Shown one piece after another: positions 26,259 through 39,828 of a stretch of DNA of 64,000 nucleotides. Source of the stretch: Octopus sinensis (taxonomy: Eukaryota); assembly GCF_006345805.1 (NCBI RefSeq), contig NC_043001.1:118358001-118422000 (forward strand). The letters are read 5' to 3'. The first letter of the stretch is position 1. The number at the start of each line of letters is the position of its first letter. The notes below the pieces were generated by a model that was not told where the DNA came from, made no database searches, and saw only the letters and a list, made by a program, of their open reading frames with translations. The position numbers and the translations under genes were made by a program.

Positions 26259-26350
<92 letters not shown>
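25851..26350. repeat. Compound (TA)n/(TACA)/(TG)n microsatellite
   Basis: Visible runs. Confidence 0.95.
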
Positions 26351-26352
<2 letters not shown>

Positions 26353-27810
26353 CACTATGTTATATAAGAGCATCCATATATTATTCTAAAAAGTTAAACG
26401 CCCCCCCCTCCAACTAAAATAGTTTACAATAGTAACAATAAAACAAAAAAGTAATAAAGAAGCCTAAAAAAAAAGTAGAAAACTAGGTCAATGGAGTAAG
26501 AGCAAGTTGAGTGAGGTACGCATGCGTGGAAGTATTAGAGTAGAGTTCCGGTTCAGAATTGTATATCTTGGAGAAATATGTTTTTCCTGAATTCTCTCTG
26601 CTGAATGAGTAAGTTAGCTTGTACCCTGGCATTACTAGAAAGGAAAAAGGTCAGTGCAGATCGCATCTCTTATTCATTCATTGCTTACCATACAGATCTT
26701 TTCTTTTCTTGTGTTTTCCTCTTTGGTTTCCCTCATCCTTTCTTTAACAGATGCCTCTTGCTCTTGTGTCTTTGACAATTAATTAATTAGCTTTAGTATG
26801 TTTAATTAACGGTGAAGGAGGGGGTTACCTGAGGTAAATTAAGCTGCTTCGATGTAATAATGCATCTAGAAAGAGTAATAATATCTTGTGAGACGAAAAC
26901 TTGCTGTAAATCAAGAAAGGAAATATTTCAAATATGTATTTTTCTTTCCAGCTTATTTCTCTTTCCCACCCCCCTCCTTTTGTCGGTCTTTTAAGGTTTC
27001 TTGTTAGGAACTCTTTATAATTCCAGTGTCGTTTATTTGCATGTTGGATGTTGTAATATTCAATATAAATAATGTTTACAGTAGATTATATCCTTCGTGT
27101 GTCTGTGTTTGTGTATAAATTCTGATGATGCAAAGTGGAAATTCTTATTGGCAATTCCTTTGGTCGTCGCACCCTAATTCTCGACATTCGAGCTTGTTGC
27201 ATCTGCAATAACTGATGTTCTTTCTTTCTTCACATTTTCACTGAGTGAGCGAAAATCCAGATTTTCGTCCAAAGAAAAGAACCTGCTTTTGTCTCCATTC
27301 GAAAATCTGTGAGTGTGTATTCCGCATACACTCACACAAAGGCACTCCAACATAAAAGAAGTACTCATTTCGTACAATACAGAGTTAATAGTATCTATTT
27401 CTTACATTGGTTGTAAACTAGAAATTCTGGTGTTCTGTAACAGTCGATTCTATTGAGCCTTTCTAGTGCTTGGCATTTTTAAGGAGCCCAGAAGGACGAA
27501 AGACAAAGTCGATCTGGGTGGAATTTGAACTTGGAACGTAAAAGCCGGGACCAAACATTACAAGATGTTCAACCTCCACCGATTCTACCAATCTACAATA
27601 ATCACAGCAATTAAAAATCAAGATTTTAGACCGTCTTTACGTCGAATTTCGCGTTACGTCTTTTCTAAACGATGAAATGTTTTAATAAAATTCGGAGGGA
27701 GGACGGTGCCTCGTCTCGGTTGAAATTTTATGTTTGTATATGTGTGCGCACATATACATATAAATAAACATAAATGAATATATATATATATATATATACA
27801 TATATATATT

Positions 27811-28301
27811 TATATAATGTGTATGTCAAACGGTCCATCCTCTCCACGGTCCGCTCAGCCTGCTACAAATAGCAGTCAATGTCACATTACATCTTATTAC
27901 TGTCTTGAATAAGGACACATTGAGTGATTGTAGCCGACGATTGACGAAGATCTTCATTCGTCGCAGGTCTTGCTCGATCAGGTTACCTCGGCTTTAAACA
28001 AGAGCACACACACACACACACACCGAATTGACATTTAATAGTTTCTTTCCCAGACTACTAAATAGGAAAACAAGATCTTTATTGGGGGAGGGGGCGGGGT
28101 TCATAATTTAATCTAAAACATACTTGTGTGTGTGTGTGTGTACATACATAAATATATATATATATGTATGTATGTATGTATGTATATATCGATCTAAATA
28201 TATATATATGTATGTATATGTATATATATATATCGATCTAAATATATATATATATATATAATATATATATATATGTATGTATATATATATATATATATCG
28301 A

Positions 28302-28336
<35 letters not shown>

Positions 28337-29220
28337 CTAAATATATATATATATATATATATCGATCTAAATATATATATATATGTATGTATATATATAT
28401 CGATCTAAATATATATATATGTATGTATGTATATATATCGATCTAAATATATATATATGTATATATATATAAATATATCGATCAATATATATATAATATA
28501 TATATATATATTATATAATGTGTATGTCAAACGGTCCATCCTCTCCACGGTCCGCTCAGCCTGCTACAAATAGCAGTCAATGTCACATTACATCTTATTA
28601 CTGTCTTGAATAAGGACACATTGAGTGATTGTAGCCGACGATTGACGAAGATCTTCATTCGTCGCAGGTCTTGCTCGATCAGGTTACCTCGGCTTTAAAC
28701 AAGAGCACACACACACACACACACACACACCGAATTGACATTTAATAGTTTCTTTCCCAGACTACTAAATAGGAAAACAAGATCTTTATTGGGGGAGGGG
28801 GCGGGGTTCATAATTTAATCTAAAACATACTTGTGTGTGTGTGTGTGTGTGTACATACATAAATATATATATATATGTATGTATGTATGTATGTATATAT
28901 CGATCTAAATATATATATATGTATGTATATGTATGTATATATATATATCGATCTAAATATATATATATATGTATGTATGTATGTATATATATATATCGAT
29001 CTAAATATATATATATATATATGTATGTATATATATATATCGATCTAAATATATATATATATGTATGTATATATATATATATATATATATCGATCTAATA
29101 TATATATATATGTATATATATATCGATCTAAATATATATATATGTATGTATGTATATATATCGATCTAAATATATATATATGTATATATATATAAATATA
29201 TCGATCAATATATATATATA
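27811..29220. repeat. Tandem duplication, period ~701 bp
   Basis: Non-microsatellite parts of 27811-28140 and 28512-28850 appear identical. Each unit ends in (TA)n punctuated by atcgatctaaat. Confidence 0.92.
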
Positions 29221-30426
29221 TATAGTGCAAGAGAAACTAGGAAGTCGTTCCTTACTTTTCCAGTCTTATTGTGTGTGTGTGTATATATGTTTGTGTATGT
29301 ATATATACACGCGAATTCTCAACTCGGATTTTTCATAAATCCTCTTGACACACAGAAGTGTCAATGTCACTTTGATGATTGAAAAACATGGGGAAATAAA
29401 TAATTTCAATTAAATAGCGATTTTGGCGATATCACAATATCTTGGTCTTCTTCTACATGGTGCTAATTAAAACACAATCTCTCTCTCTCTCACACACACA
29501 TACACTAGTAACAAGCAGAAAAGCATAAATTTCACATCCGATTCATAGTTTGTTCTTGACTGCTTATATATACCACACTATACACACACACACATATATT
29601 AATATATATTAATATTCACATGTATTAAAGCCAAATTGTTGCATTCTAGTAAATTTGATAAACGAACGGAAAGAGTGAGTAACGGTGGAGGAGGAGGAGG
29701 AATTCTGGTATTTTCAGGAATGAAAATCATTTATGGATAATATTTACCTTTTATATATATATTTAATTTTCTGAAATATGCGAGCACCTTGTTAAACTAC
29801 ACATCGTGTATTCCCAAAATTGGTTCTTAAAATCAATATATATATATATATATATAGTTGTATATTTACTCCACAAATTTTGTGTCAAGTTTGGTGGGGG
29901 TTTTTTTTTCCTTTTCGAAAAAAATTAGTTATGTTTTCGTAGGCGTAATTTAATGTAAGTGAATATTCTTGGTAAGTAGTCATTCCTCGTATTTCGAATT
30001 TTAACATCGGATCGTAATGCCTTTGTTGTTAAAAGTGTAGATTTAATTATATAACAGACCTTTTCGCTGTTGTATCTGGCACAGAAAGCTGCACAAGATG
30101 CAGCCTTATGCTGCTTACCTTGCACTTTATTTCCCAGTTGTATCTATTTATCTGTGTCTCTGTTCTTGTTGAAATTCGGTTGTTCTTTAGCCATTTCCTT
30201 GCGTTTAGTAGCGATCACGAATATTCCAAATTCCATTCTGTAATTTAGTTTGCACGATTGGATCGTAAACTATTATTATATCCTGTGTGTATGTATGTGT
30301 GTGCACGCGCGTGTATATCATCGGCTGTGTGTATGTGCGCGCACTACGCGCACTTACATGTCACGCGCACATGTATATATACATGCAATCATAATGGAGT
30401 AATTGGTTCTGATCCTTCATTGTCTT

Positions 30427-30465
<39 letters not shown>

Positions 30466-30599
30466 ATGCTTCAACACACGAACTCACATAAAGAATCTTG
30501 CAAACCAAATCCAAAAACGAAATATATATAAAGGTATGTGTTGAAAGTATGGATGTCGTCTGCTATTTAGTTTTTGAGGCTCCATTGCCTTGAGTAGTG

Positions 30600-30795
30600 T
30601 TTTGTTTGACGAAAATTGCTTTGCGGTATTTCATCTGTCGACTTTACGTTCTGAGTTCAAATTCCGCCGAGGTCGACTTTGCCTTTCATCCTTTCGGGGT
30701 CAATAAATTAAGTACCAGTTGCGTACTGGGGTCGGTCTAATCGACTGGCTCCCTCCCAAAATTTTCGGGCTTTGTGCCTAGAGTAGAAAAGAAAA
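30600..30795 (+). mobile_element. SINE, second family (core resembling Nin/Deu-type domains)
   Basis: gttctgagttcaaattccgccgaggtcgactttgcctttcatcctttcggggtcaataaattaagtacc. Confidence 0.85.
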
Positions 30796-30908
30796 TAGGT
30801 CCGATATCCCTAAATACGTAGAACTGTATTAAGACTGTTGTAGAAATTGATGCGAAAAACTGCATTTTCTTTTGAACTAAGGAAGTTGTTTAGTTAGTGG
30901 GCCTGAGT

Positions 30909-31452
30909 CAGGGCTGGATTAAGACTAATCTAAGCACTTAAATTTGGGTGCTCCTATATATATATGTAATTCAAGAAATAAACAATAATATAAACATAAC
31001 TAATTTTTTTTTTCTAAAATAAAAGAAAAAGCTAACTTAATAACACAAGAAAACACTAGGGGACGAGCTTACTTCACTGGCGATGCCCTAGCATGGCCAC
31101 AACCTTAGGGCTGAAACATAACAATAATAGTAAGCCATAAAATAAATTTGTTTCAAAATGAAACAAAACTAACAGTGAGATGGAAAATAATGTTTGTATA
31201 CTTCCACTTTTTTTTCATATTTGAAGTTTTCTCCTACCCTTATTTTAATTGCAAAGTCTTTGATGAGATCCTCAAAATTAATCTTACGTAACACGAATGT
31301 TTCTATACTTAGTAGAGATAAGGCTTTCCGAATATTATTTTAGCAAATTTAAAGTGATTTCTTTTGTGCCATTTACCATTTCTGTGGTGCCACGCCCTAC
31401 ACTTGATGCCCTAAACACGTGCTTATTTTGCTTAATGGTTAATCCAATGCTG
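30909..31452. mobile_element. hAT-type MITE
   Basis: TIRs cagggctggattaa / ttaatccaatgctg; TSD only partly matching (gcctgagt / atgtgagt). Confidence 0.6.
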
Positions 31453-32032
31453 ATGTGAGTTTTTAGTCCTTGATTCAACCAATATGTACTCCAGTTGAAG
31501 CAGAACGAGCAAGCGACATTACAAGAAAATTCCCCTGGTATAGACGACGGATGAAAACAGTTTACTCCCCCCTGTGAATTTAATGAAGAGCTGGATTAGA
31601 AATTCTGACACATTTACCGAAAACAACAGTCATCTGAAGAAGGCAGGAGGGCACAACGTCCGAAATAATATAACCACGCTGAGGATACTAGTCCAAATAT
31701 TTTAGTCTTTAATAATTGTTTCTAATTCAGACATAAGAACAGTACTTTTGACGGGAAGGGGTTAGTCGGTTATGTTGAACTTCGTACTTGACTGGTACTT
31801 AATTTTATCGATCCTGAAAGGTAAAGTTGGCTTTGACAGGATTTATACATATTATAAGAAAGAACTACATCTTTCAAAACTTCCATGCTTCCTGAAGTCC
31901 GCCAACACTACACCTGATGTTTTTTAAGTTGTAGTGCACTTGACTACTGTATACAACAATTTCTTTCACATTATATATATTAGAAATATTGCATTTCTAA
32001 ATCTCTCAGAGTTATGCAGTAGTAGCACGATA

Positions 32033-32445
32033 AAGTGATGATGGTTTGTTGCCAACTTAATGTGGCAGTCTTTGGAAAGAGAAGAATGCTATTGCTATTC
32101 AGCCCCAAGAGACTCCGTTTCTAGTTGGCTACATGACACAAGCGTTCTGTGTCCTTAAGTTTTCAAACAGGAGAAATAAGCACCTCCCCCCAACAAAGCC
32201 AGCAATCAGAGACTAGTTTCAGGGTAATTGCACTTCATCAGTCTGGAGTAGCTTGGCTTTGTTAGCTGTTGGTGCTAAATCACTGTTGAAAACTTATAGA
32301 ATTTCAGGTGAAATAAATTCACTGATCTACAAAATTAGAAATATTGCATTTCTAACCAACTAGAAATGGTGTTTCTTGAGGCTAAATAGCAGTAGCATTC
32401 TTCCCTTTCCTGGGACCGCCACATTAAGTTAGCTACAGACCATCA

Positions 32446-32447
<2 letters not shown>
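32033..32447. mobile_element. Penelope-like terminus: ~100 bp inverted repeats enclosing the hammerhead
   Basis: 32033-32130 aligns to the reverse complement of 32355-32447. Confidence 0.6.
32206..32246 (-). ncRNA. Minimal type I hammerhead ribozyme motif (Penelope-type)
   Basis: Minus strand cCAGA-CUGAUGA-AGUG caauua CCCU-GAAA-C ua G-UC-UCUGa: intact core, 4-bp stem I, stem II with one mismatch, palindromic ACUAGU stem III. Confidence 0.7.
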
Positions 32448-32498
<51 letters not shown>

Positions 32499-32504
32499 TG
32501 CCAT

Positions 32505-32670
32505 GATTGACCGCTAACTCCACAAGTTTTATTATTCTCTCTGTTCCTTTCTGTTGAAGAGCATAGGCTCGGAACATAAAAGACTTTCTCGCCTTCCTGA
32601 GCATAAGACTAATACACTTGCTTGTAGTTTATACACCTGTCTTCGTTTTTTGTTTTTCTGTAAATTTCAA
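32505..32670 (+). mobile_element. Penelope-like terminal fragment, second copy of the 23290 family
   Basis: ctgttgaagagcataggctcggaacataaaagac...cctgagc...ctaataca. Confidence 0.5.
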
Positions 32671-32671
32671 G

Positions 32672-32705
<34 letters not shown>

Positions 32706-33829
32706 AAATAGTTCATTTTTGATTTCACCCCCCTCCCCCCCAAAGAAATTCTGTCTGAATTGCGGGTCATAGTCTTTGTTGATCGTTTGCACTTCATTTT
32801 AGGATAAAACCTTTTTCTTTTTGACTGGATGCAAAAGTTTCCAGCCCCCCCCTCTCTCATTTCTTTTGTGTTGTACATTCAAATTATATTGTCCCAATAT
32901 CACCCCCATCACAAATTTTGAAGATATAACGGAGTAGATATCTTGATGTGATGCAAAACAGTGTTGCCCTCTTTTGAAAATGTATTCATATATTTTCAAC
33001 TCAGCGGAATTAGTTTTATGGCATTATGTTAGTTCAAATCTTTTGTTGTTCTCTCGCAGACTAAGATCCAAGGGCTCGCGGGGAGGGGGTTATTCTCATT
33101 TCTGTTTGGTACCTGATTGAGGCTATTGTTGAGTCTTGGGTCAGTCCAGATTGAACAGACATATTTAGCTATAACCAAATCGTCTGTTTTTTTTTTTAAT
33201 CGAACATCAACAATCTAGGACAGTGATTAGATGGACGTTAAGTGAGCGGAGGAAGATTTGACTGCTATTTCTAGCATGTAGAGTGACCACCTAGAGGTTG
33301 CTTCGTTTCCTTGTGATTTCGAATTTTTGTCTCAAAAAGTGAAAATGTACAATTGCTTCGAATTTATTTTGTTAATGGAAACCTGTACCTATTTACTTTT
33401 TTAAGCTATTCTTACTGAATAAAGTAAAGCATAAAAAGAAAAGATTTATGAAATTATTTGAGTTTCGATAGTTTAAGAAAATGAAATGCTTAGCTTTATT
33501 CTACGTAGGTTGCGAAGTTTGTTCCTGTGCTAAATATTCTCTCTATTTGTAATTTTTGTATTTTTAAATAAAATCAGCGATTGTCTAAATTAGTTGTAAA
33601 TGTACTTAAAACAGCCGCATATCATTTATTTGCAGTTATTTTAATTCATTCTCTACAATCGCTTGCAATTGTTGTATGAACTTTTATTTCTATCTATCTG
33701 CAATCGGTTTCAATTGTTGCATTAATTTCTATTTCAATCTGTTTGTTTTCCAAGTTTCCAACATTTTATTGTAACATTATTTTTAACGCGCTTAAAAAAA
33801 ACAAAAAAAAAAAAAAACAGAATAAATAT

Positions 33830-34060
33830 AAATTCGCGGTCGACTTTTCATTTTACACCCATTTTACACTCCGCTGACCGTTAAAATTTATTAGCACTTC
33901 CTTATCTATTTGTCATTTAAGCCTGGCGAGTCACCTTATACGGTTTAGCACTTTATAGGTGCGAAACCAATGGTCACTCTCTGACTGACCATGGCAATCA
34001 ACTTCCTATTATACACACACTGTTGCTGACGCTCTATAGCAGGGGTGCTTTTCTGGCAAC
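33830..34060 (+). promoter_or_regulatory. Candidate NDST promoter/TSS region
   Basis: Last CpG-retaining unique segment before CpG-poor sequence begins (~34.45 kb). CCAAT near 33968; donor-like sites at ~34330-34370. Confidence 0.35.
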
Positions 34061-34804
34061 GACATGGGCTTTTAAAAAAGTATATACTGATTATTTAAAG
34101 CTTGGGAGTCAATATGTAGATAAAATAATAAAAAAATAATTAACACCGCATGTAAATCATTAAAGCATTTATCTGAAAGAAAAAGAATGGTGCTGAGGAA
34201 GATGGGGATAGAAGAGGAACTCATCCATTGTGGGGCATCAGAAAAAAGACAATAGACAAAACTCTTTGTGTCTGCTGATGCAAATGTTTCTGCCGAGTTT
34301 TTAAATATTTTTGGATAAAATGAATTAGACAAGTATTTAAGTAAATATTAGGTGTGGTTGGGCTAGGTAGGTCCTGCTAGTGCCTACCCACACTGAGCAG
34401 TCATTCCAATTAAACGATGGACTGTGTATATACATAAGCACACGATCAGTTTGCATTATACTTACTGTATTTGGATAACCATATCTATCAATGCCGATTT
34501 TTTTTTCTTTTACTAAAAATCATTGATCCCTATATATTGAAGTCTTCTTAAAAATGATTTTTATATTTTAAAATATTTTCTGTCAGTTGTTTCATTATCA
34601 CTTAACGCCTACTTTTCCATGCTTGCATGGGTTAGATGAAATTCTTTTGAGGCAGATTCTCTATGGCTGGATGTGTTTTCAATTGTCAGTCTTTTCCCCT
34701 AGTCAGGACACTTTTTCACAGTTTGTATAATGGTGGTATTTACTTACAATTAGTATGCAATGTCAAATCAAAGAAGCACACATATATTCATGAATATATA
34801 CACA

Positions 34805-34945
34805 TATCATGGGCTTCTTTTCAGTTTATGTCTTTCAAATTTACTCACAATGCTTTGGTTGGCCTGGAGCTATAGTAGAAGACATCTACTTATGGTGCTA
34901 TGCAGTGGGACTGAATCCAAAAACCACTGAGCTATATCTCTGCCA
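34805..34945 (-). mobile_element. tRNA-derived SINE
   Basis: Homologous to 25686-25850. Confidence 0.75.
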
Positions 34946-35523
34946 TTATGCTTTTTAAGAAGTGAATTCTAGAAACTTGAAAGAACATTGTCCAAACTTT
35001 TTGCATTTTGGAATGTTTATTGAACCAAAAAAAGATATCAAAACCACCTAATTTAGATTCTGATGTTCTGTTAACATAAACAGAAACCTATGGGTTCTAC
35101 CTCAGGAATCTTGGAGTTGGTACTTGATTACATCTGATACCTGTATCATTCCATGGGAAAAAGATACAACCCCTTCCAACAGGTTGCTTGTCAATGGTAA
35201 CTTTCCTGGAAGTTCTGTAACTTAGTCCTAATAACTTGTTAAGCTGAGATGTATAGAATAGTGTCCTGTTGAGAGACATCACTAAAAGGCTTACAGTAGA
35301 TTTGAATTCCCCCAAAGTAGCAACTCGAAAACTTTGTTCACTTCACTATTATACCATTACAATTTAGAATTATTATGGAATTTGTGAATTATTGCCTATT
35401 TTCTTGAATCCATTCTGTTTATAACATTGATTCACATATTTTGTAAGTTTTGTTCTCTAATATCTTTATAAAATAACAAATTGTTTTGATACTTTCAATC
35501 AATCTAAGCATGACAGATTTAGA

Positions 35524-36000
35524 GCATACATCATCATCATTTAACGTCCACTTTCCATGCTTGCATTGATTGGATGGTTTGATTGAGGACTGGCAATTCC
35601 TCTGTTATTGCTTGGAGGACATTGATGAATAAGAGGGGGCTGAGGACTGATCTTTGATGAACCCCTACTTCTACTCGGAATTCTTCACTGTACTCATTGC
35701 CAACCCTCACCTTACTGACAGGATCCCTGTACATGGCTTGTACAACTCTCACCAACCACTCATCTATCCCTAGTTTCCACATTGACCACCAGATAAGGGA
35801 TTGGAGGACCCTGTCAGGGGCTTTCTCCATGTCAACAAAAGCCATGTACAGAGGTTTATCTTTCTAGGAATTTCTCCTGCAGCTGTCTTACCACAAATTT
35901 AACATCAGTGGTGCTTCTCACTGACAAACCCAAACTGCATCTCATCTAAACTAATTCTCTCCCTAATTAGTTGGGTTATGACCCTCTCCATGACTTTCAT
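35524..36000 (-). mobile_element. RTE LINE with RT segment fused directly to the 3' terminus
   Basis: AFVDMEKA.DRV...LGIDEWLVRVVQAMY...GVHQRSVLSPLLFINVLQAITEE joined at ~35595 to ccagtcctcaatcaaaccatcc...ttaaatgatgatg. Confidence 0.85.
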
Positions 36001-36199
36001 CCAACAGCATAATAAACCTATTTACATGTTCATTTTATTTCATTACATTCAATGCAATGTATATCTGTGACTTGCTTTTCTCTTGGACAATATTAATGGT
36101 GTGGAGAAGAGAGGTTATACATAGACAACTGCTATTCTTCTCCCAACACTTTGCCCAGGTCTGTATTTAGAGGTGTAGATGCACAGTCAGTTCAGACTG

Positions 36200-36560
36200 A
36201 TCATCATCATCATCGTTTAATGTCCGTTCTCCATGCTAGCATGGGTTGGACGGTTCGACTGGGGATCTGGAAAGCCAGAAGGCTGCACCAGGCTCCAGTC
36301 TAATCTGGCAGTGTTTCTACAGCTGGATGCCCTTCCTAATGCCAACCACTCCGTGAGTGTAGTGCGTGCTTTTTACGTGCCACCTGCACAGGTGCCAGGC
36401 GAGGCTGGCAACGGCCACGGTCGGATTGGTGTATTTTATGTGCCACCGGCACGGAAGCCAGTGGAGGCAGAGCTGGCATCGGCCACGAGTCGGATAGTGC
36501 TTTTTACGTACCACCAGTCCAGGGATCCTGGCTGGTTCAGTTCGATTTCGCTTTCGCTTT
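36200..36560 (-). mobile_element. Young RTE 3'UTR fragment
   Basis: (CAT)n gtttaatgtccgttctccatgctagcatggg; near-identical to the copies at 46434 and 53714. Confidence 0.9.
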
Positions 36561-37782
36561 CGCTGATGATGATCATAAATAGGAAGATGATTTGCAGTTG
36601 CATATTTCTGATATTCAGTTGACACTAGTATTTTTAGTCATAATTGCCTGGTATTTGAGAAAGAAATGAATTGTTTTGTTGCTAATTGTAGTGCTAGAAG
36701 TATTCAGGCCTAATGTGATTGAGTTAATTATATTAAGGTATGTTTAATTGAGTTTATACCATAACATTTCAGCTAATTGAATTTTACAATAATTAAAATA
36801 TATATGTCAATGGAACTGTTCAATTTTAGTTCGTTCAAAATAACTGCTGCTTCTGCTTTGTGTTATGAAGAAAGACCATCGAGATATTTAAGTTTTTACT
36901 TTGACATACAAATTACAAGGTCATGGGGTTAAGAAGTTTGCTTCACTTTGCAGTTATATGGTACTGTGTTTGATCTTACTGTGTGGCAAGTTAGGCCTTG
37001 ATATGACCAAAGATTTGTCTGTGAAAAAGGATAGACAGAAGCTCTGTGGAAGCCCATAGGATTGAGTGTCCTTGTCTTGGGTAAGACTTTAAACTGTATC
37101 ATGGTGAGGCTCCTGCTGAAAGGTTTTGGGAAATATAGTGTTAACCCTTAGTCACTACCACCTTACCTAGCTCTGATCTGGCCCAAGGTGGTTGTACTTG
37201 TCAAGGGCTCCAATTAGAGGCCAAATTGCAGATGGTCTTGTGAGTAAACGTATAGAGATTGGAGAATGGCTGGTCTCTAGATGTTGCACAAATCCACTGG
37301 TGTGTGGTCATTCTGCTTAATGTTTAAATGGACCCTCTACCTCAAGAGTAAGCTTGAGAGTGCTGTAGATTAGCAGAATAATATATAAATAAGTTAACAG
37401 AAGGTAATGAGAAGCCACTGTTGTATCTTTCCCAAGAAGATTGTAAATCTTCAGATTTTGGCATGGAAGTCCATAATTGTCAACGTCTGTAGGCATGACA
37501 CATGGAGAGAGAGAATTTTTTATTCTGTTAAAAACTACACCCTTACACTCAAGTGCATTTTAGTCATCCACTCTTGTAAGAATTTGGATAATAATTCTGT
37601 TCTGAGGATGACTCTTGAGTCATGGTTCCTTTTCTTTCTCTCAGTAACCTTGGAGCCATAGCAAAAGGTCATGGGTATTACCTTTTCTCCTGACTAAACC
37701 ATGTATAATGGCAAAAATGGTTTAGAAAAGCTGTATCAGTGAAGAAATTTGTTGTTTGTGTGTGTGTGTGTGGAAGCTGTGT

Positions 37783-38747
37783 TTGGGTCATCCCATAAAT
37801 AATGCAGTTTTTTCAATTGAATGAACTAAAAGTTGGAGGGGAATGAGGTAAACGACCTGCATCAACTTGCAATAAAAGCAGGTAGTAATTTTACCATGTG
37901 CTTATTCTTAGTAGAAGTTTTGAAAAGTGCAGTTCGATTTTAACAGTTATTTTTTCAAAGCTAAAATGGAAGTGACAAAGCATATTCAGCATATTTTGCT
38001 TTATGAGTTCAATAAAGGCAATAACACAATGGAAAGTGTGAGGAATATTAATGCAGTATATGGGGATAGGACAATAAGCGTAAGCCAGAGTCAACAGTGG
38101 TTCTAGAAATTCCGAGCCAGAAACTACAGCCTAGAAGATGAGCCTCACCCTGGAAGATTTGTAGAACTCAACGAGGATGTCCTGCAAAACCTCCCATTGT
38201 AATTGTTGAGGAACTAGCAGAGAGGGTTGGATTTTGTCATTCAACCATTCACTGACACCTGTGTACCATCGGAAATGTCAGCAAATTGGGTCAATGGGTT
38301 CCTCACAAACTTTCCGAGTCTAATTGTGTGCAGAGAGTGAATGTTTGCTCTTCTTTACTGGTCTCACAAATGAACCCGTTTTGGACCAAATAGTGACTGG
38401 TGACGAGAAATGGGTTCTCTATAAAAATGTTAAGCACTGAAGACAGTGGATAGCAAAAGGAGAAACTCTGGCACCCCAGGCTAAAGAAGGTCTTCACCCA
38501 TGTAAGATGTTATCTGTTTGGTGGGATATGAAAGGTTTAGTCCACTTTGAACTTTTAAACCCAAACCAAATGATATTAAAGGAGATCTCCTGCGAGCAGC
38601 TTAAGTCAGCACTTTGGTTTCAAGACGAAAGGTGTTCTTCCATCAGGATAATGCTCAGCCACATACAGCAAGGATGACATTCCAAAGGCTAGAGCAGTTT
38701 GAATGCGAAATGATGCCCACCCCACTATATTCGCTGGACATTGCCAT
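37783..38747 (+). mobile_element. 3'-truncated mariner, same family as 9183-10493
   Basis: Left TIR ttgggtcatcccataaataatgcag; IVTGDEKWVLY and FFHQDNAQPH remnants; no right TIR seen. Confidence 0.88.
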
Positions 38748-39828
38748 ATGTGGGAGTGTACATACCCAAAGGGATAAATTTTATTACTTGATTGCATATT
38801 GTAAAGTCAGAAGTGATGCCATTTTGACTACCATGTATAGTAGATAATGCAGCGTGCACAGGATTCATATCATGAACACACACACACACACACACATTCT
38901 CACTCACTCACATATGTATCAATAAATATTAAACTGAATGAAAAAAAAAATCTACTTATTTGTATTACATGAGCAAAAATGAGCTTGTTGCTATATTTTA
39001 ACGATTTATTTAAATAGGATAAAGTTGAATAGACTTTAGATTTTAAAAAATATTTATGAATTGGATGTAAGTTTTCAGTAGTATTAATGAGTTTTCATCT
39101 CGTACATAATTCGTAAGTTTTGGTCTTTTTATTATATTTCCAAAATAATTGTTGAATAGCATAAGCCTTATAATGTGAAACACCATGACTTAAGTGTCCA
39201 CCACTGCTTCCAAAAAACACCGGTTGCTTAACATTTGAATATACAATATGTTACGGTAATGTATTTTGTCTCCCTATTGATATGAGAACTAAGCCTTTGA
39301 AGAATTGATTTCTAAATGACTTAGTAGTAGCAGTTCTGATGTTAGCACATGTGAAAAAGGACACATCTGTATAAAAAAAACAAATTAGCATTTGTGGAGG
39401 AAAAGAAATACATTTTCCATGATGAATGCAAACTGCATAGAACAGTGGTTCTTGACTTCTGTAACTCAGTGCTCCCTTTCACTAAATGGCATTTTACATA
39501 TCTCCCTTTGACATGTTTTGTAAAAAAGAAAAAAACAACCACCAGAATACAGGTTATTTTGATACAAAAAGATTATACACAGTGGTTTATTATCATGTTC
39601 TCATACTATTTCATCTCTCATGTGTCTTTATATATCTGTTTAAACTAGTGCTCCCTTTGTTGAGTCTTTTATGGAAATTACTGATGAAGGCAAAGACTCT
39701 CATAAAATTATATTAAACCTTGGCACTCACTGATCGTACAATGATTTATATTCTAGGTGTTTATTTATTTATATTTTTACTGTTTCAAATATTAGTATTG
39801 TATCTGATTTAAATATTTTATTTCCAAG

